IMG/VR virus record: IMGVR_UViG_3300025168_000063
Coordinates: 1-64,000 of that record
Origin: a virus
DNA: 64,000 bases
Direction: 5' to 3' (one strand)
Positions 39,122-48,291 of the stretch are shown here, in pieces. The notes under the pieces are model-generated. The model had not been told where the DNA came from and did no database searches. It was given only the letters and a program-made list of their open reading frames with translations. Position numbers and translations under genes: made by a program. Positions within the stretch are counted from its first letter, which is position 1. Each line of letters begins with the position of its first letter.

Positions 39122-40251
39122 TGGCTTCTATTGAATCAGCAGGCGAAATTCAATACTGGTTCGAACTAATAATACAAGCGGACCAAGGATCAGAAGAACA
39201 ACAATACCTCATCAAGAAAATACCAAATCACTTAATGCGTCAAATTTCTGACCTTTTGAAAAACTATTATAGCAATATCACAAATAAGAATCATCGAGAT
39301 GAGGAGATTAAGAAAAACTATAAGGATGATGAAGTGTTTGGTACGGAGGCAATCAAAGATCGACCCCTAAGACCTGGTGCAACAAAACTCAACTCAGCCG
39401 AGCAAATCACTCCATTCATCAGAGGCCGGGATATGGAAGAACACCAACAACTGATGCGGGGAATGTCTTCATTGGGTCAAACTGTTCTTAATTCTTATAA
39501 ACGTGACACTGGCTCAGCTAATCAAACTGATATACTACCACATCTATTTAAACAGCAAAAGTGGTATAAAGGTATAGAGAGTAACATAGATAAAACAATA
39601 GCCGTAGCTGTTGAGGGATCCCTCAACACAAAACAAGTACACCTATTAACGCGTCTGAGACATAGAGCATCAGGCTCTTTATTTAGAGAGATGGCTAACA
39701 CTACATTTGAAGAAGAACTTCAAGTAATGGATAAAACTAAGGATCCTGGTGAAGTTATGGAAAAGACAATGACCAATGCAAATCCATTCAGAGGAAAATT
39801 TACATTCCATACCAGTTATGGACCTCCTCCCACAGCAAGTCTTTCTCAATCGACGGTATCATACACAGCTATAAAAGACTTAGGCGTACCTGAATACGGT
39901 CCTGAATTTACTCTTTATAATACTACAACTGGATCTTTAAGTAGTGGATCTTTCTTAAATGCAGACAGCGCAGGATCTCCATATATTTTTAATGGACAGG
40001 AACTTGATGCATCATCTGTAATCCCTACAACAGCATCTGTATTAGAAACCCTTAGATTTAAAGCTACTTCTAAAGTTGCATATACTGCAAAATGGGAACA
40101 GGATATAACTGTTATTTCCCAAACTGCAACAACGGTAGAGGTATTGTATAGAAATAAAGAATACACACCAGCTCTATTTAATTCAAATATGAATACACTG
40201 TTTCCCACACAGAAGACTGTTTTGAGAAACGGAACTATATTTATTACATAG
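39121..40251 (+). CDS. Hypothetical protein
   Basis: 376 aa, coupled to upstream stop. Confidence 0.7.
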   Translation: MASIESAGEIQYWFELIIQADQGSEEQQYLIKKIPNHLMRQISDLLKNYYSNITNKNHRDEEIKKNYKDDEVFGTEAIKDRPLRPGATKLNSAEQITPFIRGRDMEEHQQLMRGMSSLGQTVLNSYKRDTGSANQTDILPHLFKQQKWYKGIESNIDKTIAVAVEGSLNTKQVHLLTRLRHRASGSLFREMANTTFEEELQVMDKTKDPGEVMEKTMTNANPFRGKFTFHTSYGPPPTASLSQSTVSYTAIKDLGVPEYGPEFTLYNTTTGSLSSGSFLNADSAGSPYIFNGQELDASSVIPTTASVLETLRFKATSKVAYTAKWEQDITVISQTATTVEVLYRNKEYTPALFNSNMNTLFPTQKTVLRNGTIFIT

Positions 40252-40252
40252 A

Positions 40253-40645
40253 ATGGCAAGACGTATTAAAAAAATAAATGGTTATAGATCTGGATTTGAG
40301 AACACACTTGGATCCCAGCTAAAAGAATCCAAAACTAAATTCACGTATGAAACTACTGTAATACCGTATACAAAACCAGAAACGGAGCATACATATACAG
40401 TTGACTTTACATTACCTAATGGCATATTAATTGAAGCTAAAGGAAGATGGGTAACGGAGGATCGTAAAAAACATATGCTAATCAGAGCACAACATCCAGA
40501 GCTAGACATCAGGTTTGTATTCATGAATTCAAATGGTAAGATACGTAAGGGAAGCAAAACGACATATGCAGATTTCTGCGATAAGCATGGAATATTATGG
40601 TCGAATAAAGTAATCCCAAGTCAGTGGTTAAAATCCAAGAAATAA
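40253..40645 (+). CDS. Holliday junction resolvase, T7 endonuclease I-like
   Basis: YRSGFE, YTVDF, IEAKGR, DRKKH, DIRFVF. Confidence 0.92.
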   Translation: MARRIKKINGYRSGFENTLGSQLKESKTKFTYETTVIPYTKPETEHTYTVDFTLPNGILIEAKGRWVTEDRKKHMLIRAQHPELDIRFVFMNSNGKIRKGSKTTYADFCDKHGILWSNKVIPSQWLKSKK

Positions 40646-40646
40646 G

Positions 40647-40677
40647 TTGCAAATATAAAATAAATTCCTTATATTAA
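40647..40677 (+). promoter_or_regulatory. Early-type promoter for primase and Mre11-Rad50
   Basis: TTG-N20-TATATTAA, ending 5 nt before the ATG. Confidence 0.65.
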
Positions 40678-40682
40678 GCCTA

Positions 40683-41600
40683 ATGAATATTAAAACTATT
40701 TTACAAGGTGTAATAGGGCAAGCTAGAACTATGTCTAACAACGAGCTAGCATTCAATTGTCCTTTCTGCCATCACCACAAAAAAAAGCTTCAAGTAAATA
40801 CTGAAAGTCAAAAATGGCAATGTTGGGTATGTGGAGCTAAAGGTAGAAGTATATATGCATTAATCAAAAAGTTGGGAGTTGAAGATCGTATACTTAAAGT
40901 GGTAGAGAATTTAGTTGGAAAACCAAAACGATCGGTTATTGAGAAGGCATATGATGTACTATCACTTCCATCAGACTTTACATCTTTTATGAATGGCAAT
41001 CCAAAAGATCCAGATTTTATAAATGCATTTCATTATTTAACTATGCAACGTAAAATAACTAAATATGATATATTAAAATATAATATAGGATATTGCGATA
41101 AAGGATTGTATGCAGGAATGATTATAATTCCATCGTATGATGAGAACGGACAATTAAACTTCTTCACCGGTAGAACATACTACTCAGATAAATCTTTCAA
41201 ACATAAGAATCCAAAAGTGTCAAAAGATATAATTGGATTTGATTTGTTTATCAATTGGAACGAACCGATAATAATTGTTGAGGGTGCATTTGATGCTATT
41301 GCAATTAAAAGAAATGCAATCCCTTTGTTTGGAAAGAAAATGATGAACACGTTAAAAACTAAAATAATTAACTCAGGAGTTTCACAAATAACTATTGCAT
41401 TAGATACCGATGCAGTTTTAGACGCATTAGAAATGTGTGAATATTTAATGTCAAATGGAGTTGAGGTAAGATTATTAGAAATGAAGGATAAAGATCCAAG
41501 TGAATTAGGATTCGCCACAGTCACCCAGTATATCAATACATCAGTGCCACTGACAGCGAGTTTACTAATGCAGAAAAAGATAATAGGGAGTTTTGCTTAA
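40683..41600 (+). CDS. dnaG: DNA primase (Zn finger + TOPRIM)
   Basis: CPFC...CWVC; IVEGAFDA; LDTD; KDPSE. Confidence 0.9.
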   Translation: MNIKTILQGVIGQARTMSNNELAFNCPFCHHHKKKLQVNTESQKWQCWVCGAKGRSIYALIKKLGVEDRILKVVENLVGKPKRSVIEKAYDVLSLPSDFTSFMNGNPKDPDFINAFHYLTMQRKITKYDILKYNIGYCDKGLYAGMIIIPSYDENGQLNFFTGRTYYSDKSFKHKNPKVSKDIIGFDLFINWNEPIIIVEGAFDAIAIKRNAIPLFGKKMMNTLKTKIINSGVSQITIALDTDAVLDALEMCEYLMSNGVEVRLLEMKDKDPSELGFATVTQYINTSVPLTASLLMQKKIIGSFA

Positions 41601-44600
41601 ATGAAAAAAATAGAAATAGGATTTGATAAAATAACGAAAGTAGCTCATATAGCTGACATTCATATTAGAAACGTAAAACGCCATAAAGAATATAAACGCG
41701 TATTTGCAAAATTATATAAAGATCTGAAATCTACTCTTCCTAAAGAAGGTGGGCTAATATATCTAGCAGGAGACATCGTTCACGCAAAAACGGAAATGAG
41801 TCCAGAACTTATTTCAATGACTGGTGAACTATTTACTAAATTGAGTAAAATAGCTCCAACAATTCTTATAGCGGGTAATCATGATTGCAATCTGAATAAC
41901 AAACATAGATTGGATGCACTAACACCAATTGTAGATTCTCTCCAATTAGAAAACTTCCACTACCTATATGGTACTGACATATACGAAATAGCAGATTGTC
42001 GATTTGTAGTAGAATCAGTATTTGATGCGCCAGAGAATTACATCAAAGCTGACCAGGTTCCAAATGGTAAAACAAAGATAGCATTATATCACGGACCGGT
42101 AACGAGTGCACGTACTGATGTAGGATATGAGCTACAAGGAGATCTAGATGTAGTCGACTTCAAGGGATTTGACTATGTAATGCTTGGAGATATTCACAAA
42201 CACCAGTATCTAGATAAGAAAAAGAGAATAGCATACGCCAGCTCATTAGTATGTCAAAACTTTGGAGAGCATCCAACCAATCACGGTTATATCTTGTGGG
42301 ACTTAGAAACTAAAAAAAGCGAATTCAGACAGATAAAAAATGATAATGCGTATTATACGTTAATGATCAATGGAGGAGTAGCTGAGAATTATGAAGGTAT
42401 GCCAAAGCAACCAAGATTAAGAATAAAAGCGGCTAACTCATCACAAGCTGATATTAAAAAAGTACTGGCCACATTAAAGAAAGATCGTAAAATTTCAGAC
42501 GTCACTGTAATACGAACAGATTCATTACGAGATCAGAAATCGAACGATAGAGACTCTCGACATAACACAATTGGCAATGTTAGAGATATAAATTATCAAA
42601 ACTCTTTAATTCAAGAATATTTAGATAGAAACTTTACTGTAGATGATGACACTGTAAAACATATACGTAAGATAAACAAAGATCTAAATTCTCAACTATC
42701 TCAATTAGAAGTTACGCGAGATATAGATTGGCAAATTAAAAAATTCGAATTCTCAAACATGTTCAGTTATGGTAAAGACAATGCGATAGACTTTAGTGAC
42801 TTCAAAGGAACTTATGGTATATTTGCAGCCAATGCATCAGGCAAGTCAGCTTTGTTAGATTCGTTATGCTATTGTTTGTTTGATAGATGCAGTCGTGCAT
42901 CCGATGCAAAGGGAGTAATGAATAATACAAAAAACGATTTCTACTGTAAAGCAGAATTAGAAATCTCAGGACAGACGTTTGTAATTGAACGTAAAGCTAG
43001 AAGAACTACTAAAGGATATTTGAAAGGTAGAATAAGCGTAACTACAAATTTTTGGACGTATGATGAAAATGATCAAGAAATTTCATTGAACGGAGAACAA
43101 CGTAGAGATACAAATAAAGCTATCCAAAGCTATTTAGGTAAATATGAAGATTTTATCCTAACCTCTATATCAGTGCAAAACAATAACACTGGATTTATCG
43201 ACTTATCTCAATCTCAACGTAAAGATCTATTAGCGCAATTTTTAGATGTTACCGTATTTGAAGAGTTGTACGATTTAGCTATACAAGATATTAAAGAAGT
43301 TCAGATTCTACTTAAAGATTTTAAAAAGCAAGACTATGATGAACAGCTATCACAAGCTGTAAAAAGTTATGATGAGAATACAAAGCTATTCAAAGAATTG
43401 ACTCGAACGAAAAATGCACTACTAAAAAAACAATCGAGTTTGGAAAGTAAAATTAGAAAAGAAACTCAAAAGTATAAGCAGATTCCAAACATTACCAATG
43501 TTGATGTACTAGAACAGAAACGTGACTCGCTCAAATTAGAAATATCTATAATTGAAAGTAGATTAAAAAATGATGAGAAAGAAGCAGTCGCAAATAATAA
43601 ACTGATAGAAGATACTTCAGATATTCTGAGTAATATTAATGACGATACTGTACGTGGAGATTATGAGTTGTGGCAAAAAACGAAAGCTGACAATTCTGAC
43701 AAATCACATGAGTTGGAAAAAATGAAAATAGATGTAAGGCATAAACTTGAAAAGTTAAGACATCTAGAGAAACATGAGTACGATCCAAATTGCACATTTT
43801 GTATGGATAATCCATTTGTAATAGATGCACGCAATACTCAGCAAGAATTGGAAAGCGATAAAGTAGCAGTTCGTCAAATACTAACTGAAATATCTGATCA
43901 GACAAATCTTATAGAAACTCTTAGTAAAGCAGAACAGCAATATGTATTCTTACATTCACAGCAAACTATACTAAAGACAGCTAACCAAGAAAAAACTACT
44001 GGTAGAGTTCTTTATTATGAAGCTAAGGAAAATCTAAGAACTAAATCATCTTTACTACAAGAGGTAAGCTCAAAGATATCTGAATATCATACAGCTAAAA
44101 AAGATATTATATACAACGAAAAAGTTGCAGAGCGGATAACGGTAGCAGAAGATGATAAGAAACATATATCCAATATGATATCAATACATTCAGACGATCT
44201 AATGGATATCCACAGTGCTGTACGTGTTGCAGAATCTACAAAGCAAACTATCACTGAAAAAATGCAACAAGCTGATGACATGGAAGAAAAATATAAGGCA
44301 TATGAATACTATCTAGATGCTATACAAAGAGATGGTGTACCATATGAATTAATCTCAAAAGTTATACCGTTAATAGAAGATGAGGTAAATAATATTTTAG
44401 GTCAAATAGTTGACTTTAATATATTATTCCACGTTGATGGTAAAAATATCAATACGCACATCGTGTATGATGATAAATCGTGGCCATTAGAATTAACATC
44501 TGGTATGGAAAAGTTTATATCATCTTTAGCAATCCGATCCGCTCTTGTAAGTGTATCAAATCTACCAAAACCAAACTTCTTAGCAATAGATGAAGGATTG

Positions 44601-44768
44601 GGTAATTTAGATTCGGAAAATCTCAACTCCATGTTTATGTTATTTGATTATCTTAAATCTCAGTTCAATTTTCTACTAATCATATCACATTTAGAAGCGG
44701 TTAGAGATGTAGTAGACAATCTTATCGATATCCAGAAGGTAAACAACTACAGTAAAATCCACTACTAG
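41601..44768 (+). CDS. Fused Mre11/SbcD nuclease and Rad50/SbcC ATPase (gp47-gp46)
   Basis: DIH, GD, GNHD, GDIH; Walker A NASGKS; zinc hook CTFC; signature SGMEK; Walker B LAIDE; H-loop ISH. Confidence 0.92.
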   Translation: MKKIEIGFDKITKVAHIADIHIRNVKRHKEYKRVFAKLYKDLKSTLPKEGGLIYLAGDIVHAKTEMSPELISMTGELFTKLSKIAPTILIAGNHDCNLNNKHRLDALTPIVDSLQLENFHYLYGTDIYEIADCRFVVESVFDAPENYIKADQVPNGKTKIALYHGPVTSARTDVGYELQGDLDVVDFKGFDYVMLGDIHKHQYLDKKKRIAYASSLVCQNFGEHPTNHGYILWDLETKKSEFRQIKNDNAYYTLMINGGVAENYEGMPKQPRLRIKAANSSQADIKKVLATLKKDRKISDVTVIRTDSLRDQKSNDRDSRHNTIGNVRDINYQNSLIQEYLDRNFTVDDDTVKHIRKINKDLNSQLSQLEVTRDIDWQIKKFEFSNMFSYGKDNAIDFSDFKGTYGIFAANASGKSALLDSLCYCLFDRCSRASDAKGVMNNTKNDFYCKAELEISGQTFVIERKARRTTKGYLKGRISVTTNFWTYDENDQEISLNGEQRRDTNKAIQSYLGKYEDFILTSISVQNNNTGFIDLSQSQRKDLLAQFLDVTVFEELYDLAIQDIKEVQILLKDFKKQDYDEQLSQAVKSYDENTKLFKELTRTKNALLKKQSSLESKIRKETQKYKQIPNITNVDVLEQKRDSLKLEISIIESRLKNDEKEAVANNKLIEDTSDILSNINDDTVRGDYELWQKTKADNSDKSHELEKMKIDVRHKLEKLRHLEKHEYDPNCTFCMDNPFVIDARNTQQELESDKVAVRQILTEISDQTNLIETLSKAEQQYVFLHSQQTILKTANQEKTTGRVLYYEAKENLRTKSSLLQEVSSKISEYHTAKKDIIYNEKVAERITVAEDDKKHISNMISIHSDDLMDIHSAVRVAESTKQTITEKMQQADDMEEKYKAYEYYLDAIQRDGVPYELISKVIPLIEDEVNNILGQIVDFNILFHVDGKNINTHIVYDDKSWPLELTSGMEKFISSLAIRSALVSVSNLPKPNFLAIDEGLGNLDSENLNSMFMLFDYLKSQFNFLLIISHLEAVRDVVDNLIDIQKVNNYSKIHY

Positions 44769-44770
44769 CA

Positions 44771-44777
44771 TATTTAT
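44771..44777 (+). promoter_or_regulatory. Putative late promoter TATTTAT
   Basis: Intergenic, at the start of the fibre operon. Confidence 0.65.
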
Positions 44778-44810
44778 TAATAGAATATCTAACGTAGCTG
44801 GAGATTATGA

Positions 44811-47800
44811 ATGGCATACACTTACGAGTGGCGAAGAAGGGCTTTATACCTTGGTTATCAAGAAGACGATCGGTATCCGTGTTATTTAACGGATAGCTTA
44901 ACTCCGTATTCACCATATTTCAATATAACCGGTTTGAAAGAAACTCTAACTGGTGGGAAAAATCTATTTAAGATTAATCCAACTGAAAACACGCTCCAAA
45001 TTGGATCTGAGGTATATGTAGAAGTAGCTGATGCATTTGGTAATACAATATATACTGAAAACACTGGATTAAGAAACGATCAGAATATACAAGAGCATCT
45101 AATCACAAGTTGGGTATATGACGATTATCCATCAACACAAATCACATTAACAATTTTAGCTACTGCAATAGTTGATATGGAAGGTAATCCTATAACGGGA
45201 AATTTTCCCGATGGAGTACCATTTTGGAATGGAAAAAGATCTATAAATCCAAATAAAGAATTGGTACGACCAAATGTTAGATGGCAAAAACAACTCTTGG
45301 TTGATCCAAAAGCGGGTAATACCGATAAGATAGTATTTTCACATCTACCTAAAGTAAGAGTAGCTGAAAAGATAAGAACGTATTTATCTCAATCGTATAC
45401 ATCAGCAAGAATATCATCATCAGTTCAATCTGCCTCTTTCAGTCATCCAGGAGGGATGATGCCAGCCAATCCAACTGCGGCAGAAATGAAGTCGGGAATA
45501 GTATCATTACCGAGACTTAATTCTATTACTCCATTCTTTTCATCATCGATGGTAGGAGCTACTATTAAATTTAAAGCAGATTTAATCCAGTCTACAAATC
45601 CATCGATCAATGTAAATGATTTACAGTCTGGTGAAACACTTAATTACACCACTACGATACACTCTGTAGTAAATTCAACTCAAGCACGGTTAACCGATCC
45701 ATATGAAGTAATAACGGTACAAACTGTAAATGCAAACCAAAGTAAGGGTGGAGGAAATCCAGTATACCAATCAGTAGTAACATCTAATATGGTAGAATCA
45801 TTTAATTTGAGTGCAATGGAAATAACGCATTCTAATCCACCAACACTCACACCCACAGAAAATTCAGAATCATATGCATTAGTCGATTTCAAGAATTTGT
45901 CACCAGTAGCAGGAGATGTTCATAAAATAGTAACAAAGGTACGGACCAATGGGACGGTAGGAAGTACTTATCAAACAATTGGTGAGCAGATATTAGAACC
46001 AACTGAATTAATGATAGACACTGGAAGCTTCACTATGAGAACTACGTGGGGAATTCAGGAGGAACATGATACTCCAGCAAAGTATTGGCAAGTTGCTGCA
46101 GCTAATGGAGCTGCCGTTCCTTCACCTCAAAAAGACGATTCTCAATTAGCTAATGCACTCGCATTAGCTTTTACTGGCACGTTAAACGGTAGTAAATATG
46201 TAATATTAACCCCTAAAGATTTTATCGAATTTGAGAAGGGAACTGTATATCGACTATCATATAAATCAATCCTAAAAAGAACACCAGACTCATCAATTAC
46301 ATCTGGCTACGATCCGTTGAGTGTCAAAGTGTTCTTATCAGGGTCGGGATTCGTAGCAACCACTAATGACCCCGACCCTGAGCTAGGATTATATATTGGA
46401 AACATGGAGTCAAGTGCTTCATTTGTAGCAGAATTTGAATCCGAATATCACTTCCAAGCAACTCGTAATGGAATGGGTAAACCAGTATTCAAAATAGAAG
46501 CAGCCCACGAAGCACATTTTAGTGATATAAGTCTGACGGCAGATACGGATAGTGGATTTACACCAGAACAATTCACAATAATATCGCATATTCCTACAAC
46601 GCATAATGATGATTTACTAGATTTTAAGTTTGAATTGTATAATTCGGAAGGTGTAAAGTCCGAAGTAGACTTACATCATAACGCAGTCGATTTCACTGGA
46701 GGAAATACATACATTAGCAATGCACTACTCACGGGTACAATGGATATCGGCCCAGACGTAGCATCTTCCGGATTTGTGGTAGGTGGTAATGCTTCTGCAT
46801 ATATAAGAACAGTCAATCCAGTATATCCTGGATTCCACTCATCTTCAGCTGGATCAGGTTCGGGAATATTATTATGGTCAGGATCTCTAGGTAATACAAT
46901 ATACGAGGGCTCGGGAGATGATTATAAAGGTATCGGAATGGAAATGATATTAGATAGCAGTAGCTATTTTAGATTCCGAACAGATCCATCAGAATTAGAT
47001 ATAAGAGCTCAGAAATTTTTTGTAGGAGATGATGCAACTCAATTTATCTCAGGAGCATTGGGGAATATAGAAATATCATCTTCAGGTTTCCATCTGGATA
47101 GTGAAGGTAATGTAATAATGCAAGGCCAAATCACAGCAGAAGCGGGTGGTACAATTGGAGGATGGGCGATAGGCGATACTTTCCTAAGTTCTAGTAATAT
47201 TATACTGAGCTCATCTGGAACAATGCAAACAGCTGATTTTGAATCATCTTTACTAGGAGCGGGTGTCGGAAAAGGATGGAAGATAGATAGTAGTGGAGAA
47301 GCTGAATTTGAAAATGCGAAGATTCGAGGAACTCTACGAACAGCAGTATTTGAAAAAGATACTATATCCGCAGTAGGTGGAGCAGTAATTATTGCCAATG
47401 CAACAGTAACTACTGGTAGTGATGTTTTATCTGGTAGTATGAATGGTAATGTACATGGAGTCCCATCTGCTTCTTTCCAAGTTGATACAGTTGGAGGATG
47501 GTCAGTAGGAGAATACGCAATTGTAAAATCAGTTGAAACAGCTGGATTCACAAATGAGCTAATGAAAGTATTTAGTAGCTCAATCAATCCAACTCCAACA
47601 TTACACATGTCACGTAGTTTGAATGGAAACACTATACCAACAATGTCAGCCGCTCAAGTCATAGTATCATATGCAAAAGAAGATCAAGGATTCATATTTA
47701 TGAATGCAACATCTGGATCTGATACACCATTTATTGATATAATGGAAAGAACTGGAAGTGGACATCTTGATATAGAAACTAAAGTAAGATTGGGTGATTT

Positions 47801-48290
47801 GTCTGGATTGAATGCATCTAAAGTAGGATCAAATCCAGGCCATGGACTATATGGAGAAAATGTATTTCTGACTGGTAAATTAGAAGCATCGGTGTTATCA
47901 GGTCAGGTAATAGAAATTGACAATAGCAATTTCACTCAATATTTATCATCATCTAATGGTGGAGGTGGATCTTCAATCGGATACTCACTAGTCTTGGACG
48001 GATCAGCGGGAGGAAGTCAAGCACTCAATGTAATAATAACAGATACTAATTCAGTCGACCCACTAGTCATCAAAGGAATACTAGCACCAGATGTTACTAA
48101 CGCAACAAACGTTGATGTAAATATAGAAATAGGCGAAGAGGTAACAGCAGCGATATCAATAGACCCAGATTCGGGAGGAGTCGCAGGAGCTACTATGAAA
48201 GTAAATGCAAGTAAATTTTGGAGTGCAATTCAATCAAATGCAATCCAAGCTAATGTAGCACACGTTGCCGCGAGCGCACTGGGAGTATAA
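44811..48290 (+). CDS. Tail/fibre structural protein
   Basis: S/G/T-rich; IGGW, EFENAKIRG and KVRLGDLSGL modules shared with the 52700 protein. Confidence 0.75.
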   Translation: MAYTYEWRRRALYLGYQEDDRYPCYLTDSLTPYSPYFNITGLKETLTGGKNLFKINPTENTLQIGSEVYVEVADAFGNTIYTENTGLRNDQNIQEHLITSWVYDDYPSTQITLTILATAIVDMEGNPITGNFPDGVPFWNGKRSINPNKELVRPNVRWQKQLLVDPKAGNTDKIVFSHLPKVRVAEKIRTYLSQSYTSARISSSVQSASFSHPGGMMPANPTAAEMKSGIVSLPRLNSITPFFSSSMVGATIKFKADLIQSTNPSINVNDLQSGETLNYTTTIHSVVNSTQARLTDPYEVITVQTVNANQSKGGGNPVYQSVVTSNMVESFNLSAMEITHSNPPTLTPTENSESYALVDFKNLSPVAGDVHKIVTKVRTNGTVGSTYQTIGEQILEPTELMIDTGSFTMRTTWGIQEEHDTPAKYWQVAAANGAAVPSPQKDDSQLANALALAFTGTLNGSKYVILTPKDFIEFEKGTVYRLSYKSILKRTPDSSITSGYDPLSVKVFLSGSGFVATTNDPDPELGLYIGNMESSASFVAEFESEYHFQATRNGMGKPVFKIEAAHEAHFSDISLTADTDSGFTPEQFTIISHIPTTHNDDLLDFKFELYNSEGVKSEVDLHHNAVDFTGGNTYISNALLTGTMDIGPDVASSGFVVGGNASAYIRTVNPVYPGFHSSSAGSGSGILLWSGSLGNTIYEGSGDDYKGIGMEMILDSSSYFRFRTDPSELDIRAQKFFVGDDATQFISGALGNIEISSSGFHLDSEGNVIMQGQITAEAGGTIGGWAIGDTFLSSSNIILSSSGTMQTADFESSLLGAGVGKGWKIDSSGEAEFENAKIRGTLRTAVFEKDTISAVGGAVIIANATVTTGSDVLSGSMNGNVHGVPSASFQVDTVGGWSVGEYAIVKSVETAGFTNELMKVFSSSINPTPTLHMSRSLNGNTIPTMSAAQVIVSYAKEDQGFIFMNATSGSDTPFIDIMERTGSGHLDIETKVRLGDLSGLNASKVGSNPGHGLYGENVFLTGKLEASVLSGQVIEIDNSNFTQYLSSSNGGGGSSIGYSLVLDGSAGGSQALNVIITDTNSVDPLVIKGILAPDVTNATNVDVNIEIGEEVTAAISIDPDSGGVAGATMKVNASKFWSAIQSNAIQANVAHVAASALGV

Positions 48291-48291
48291 C

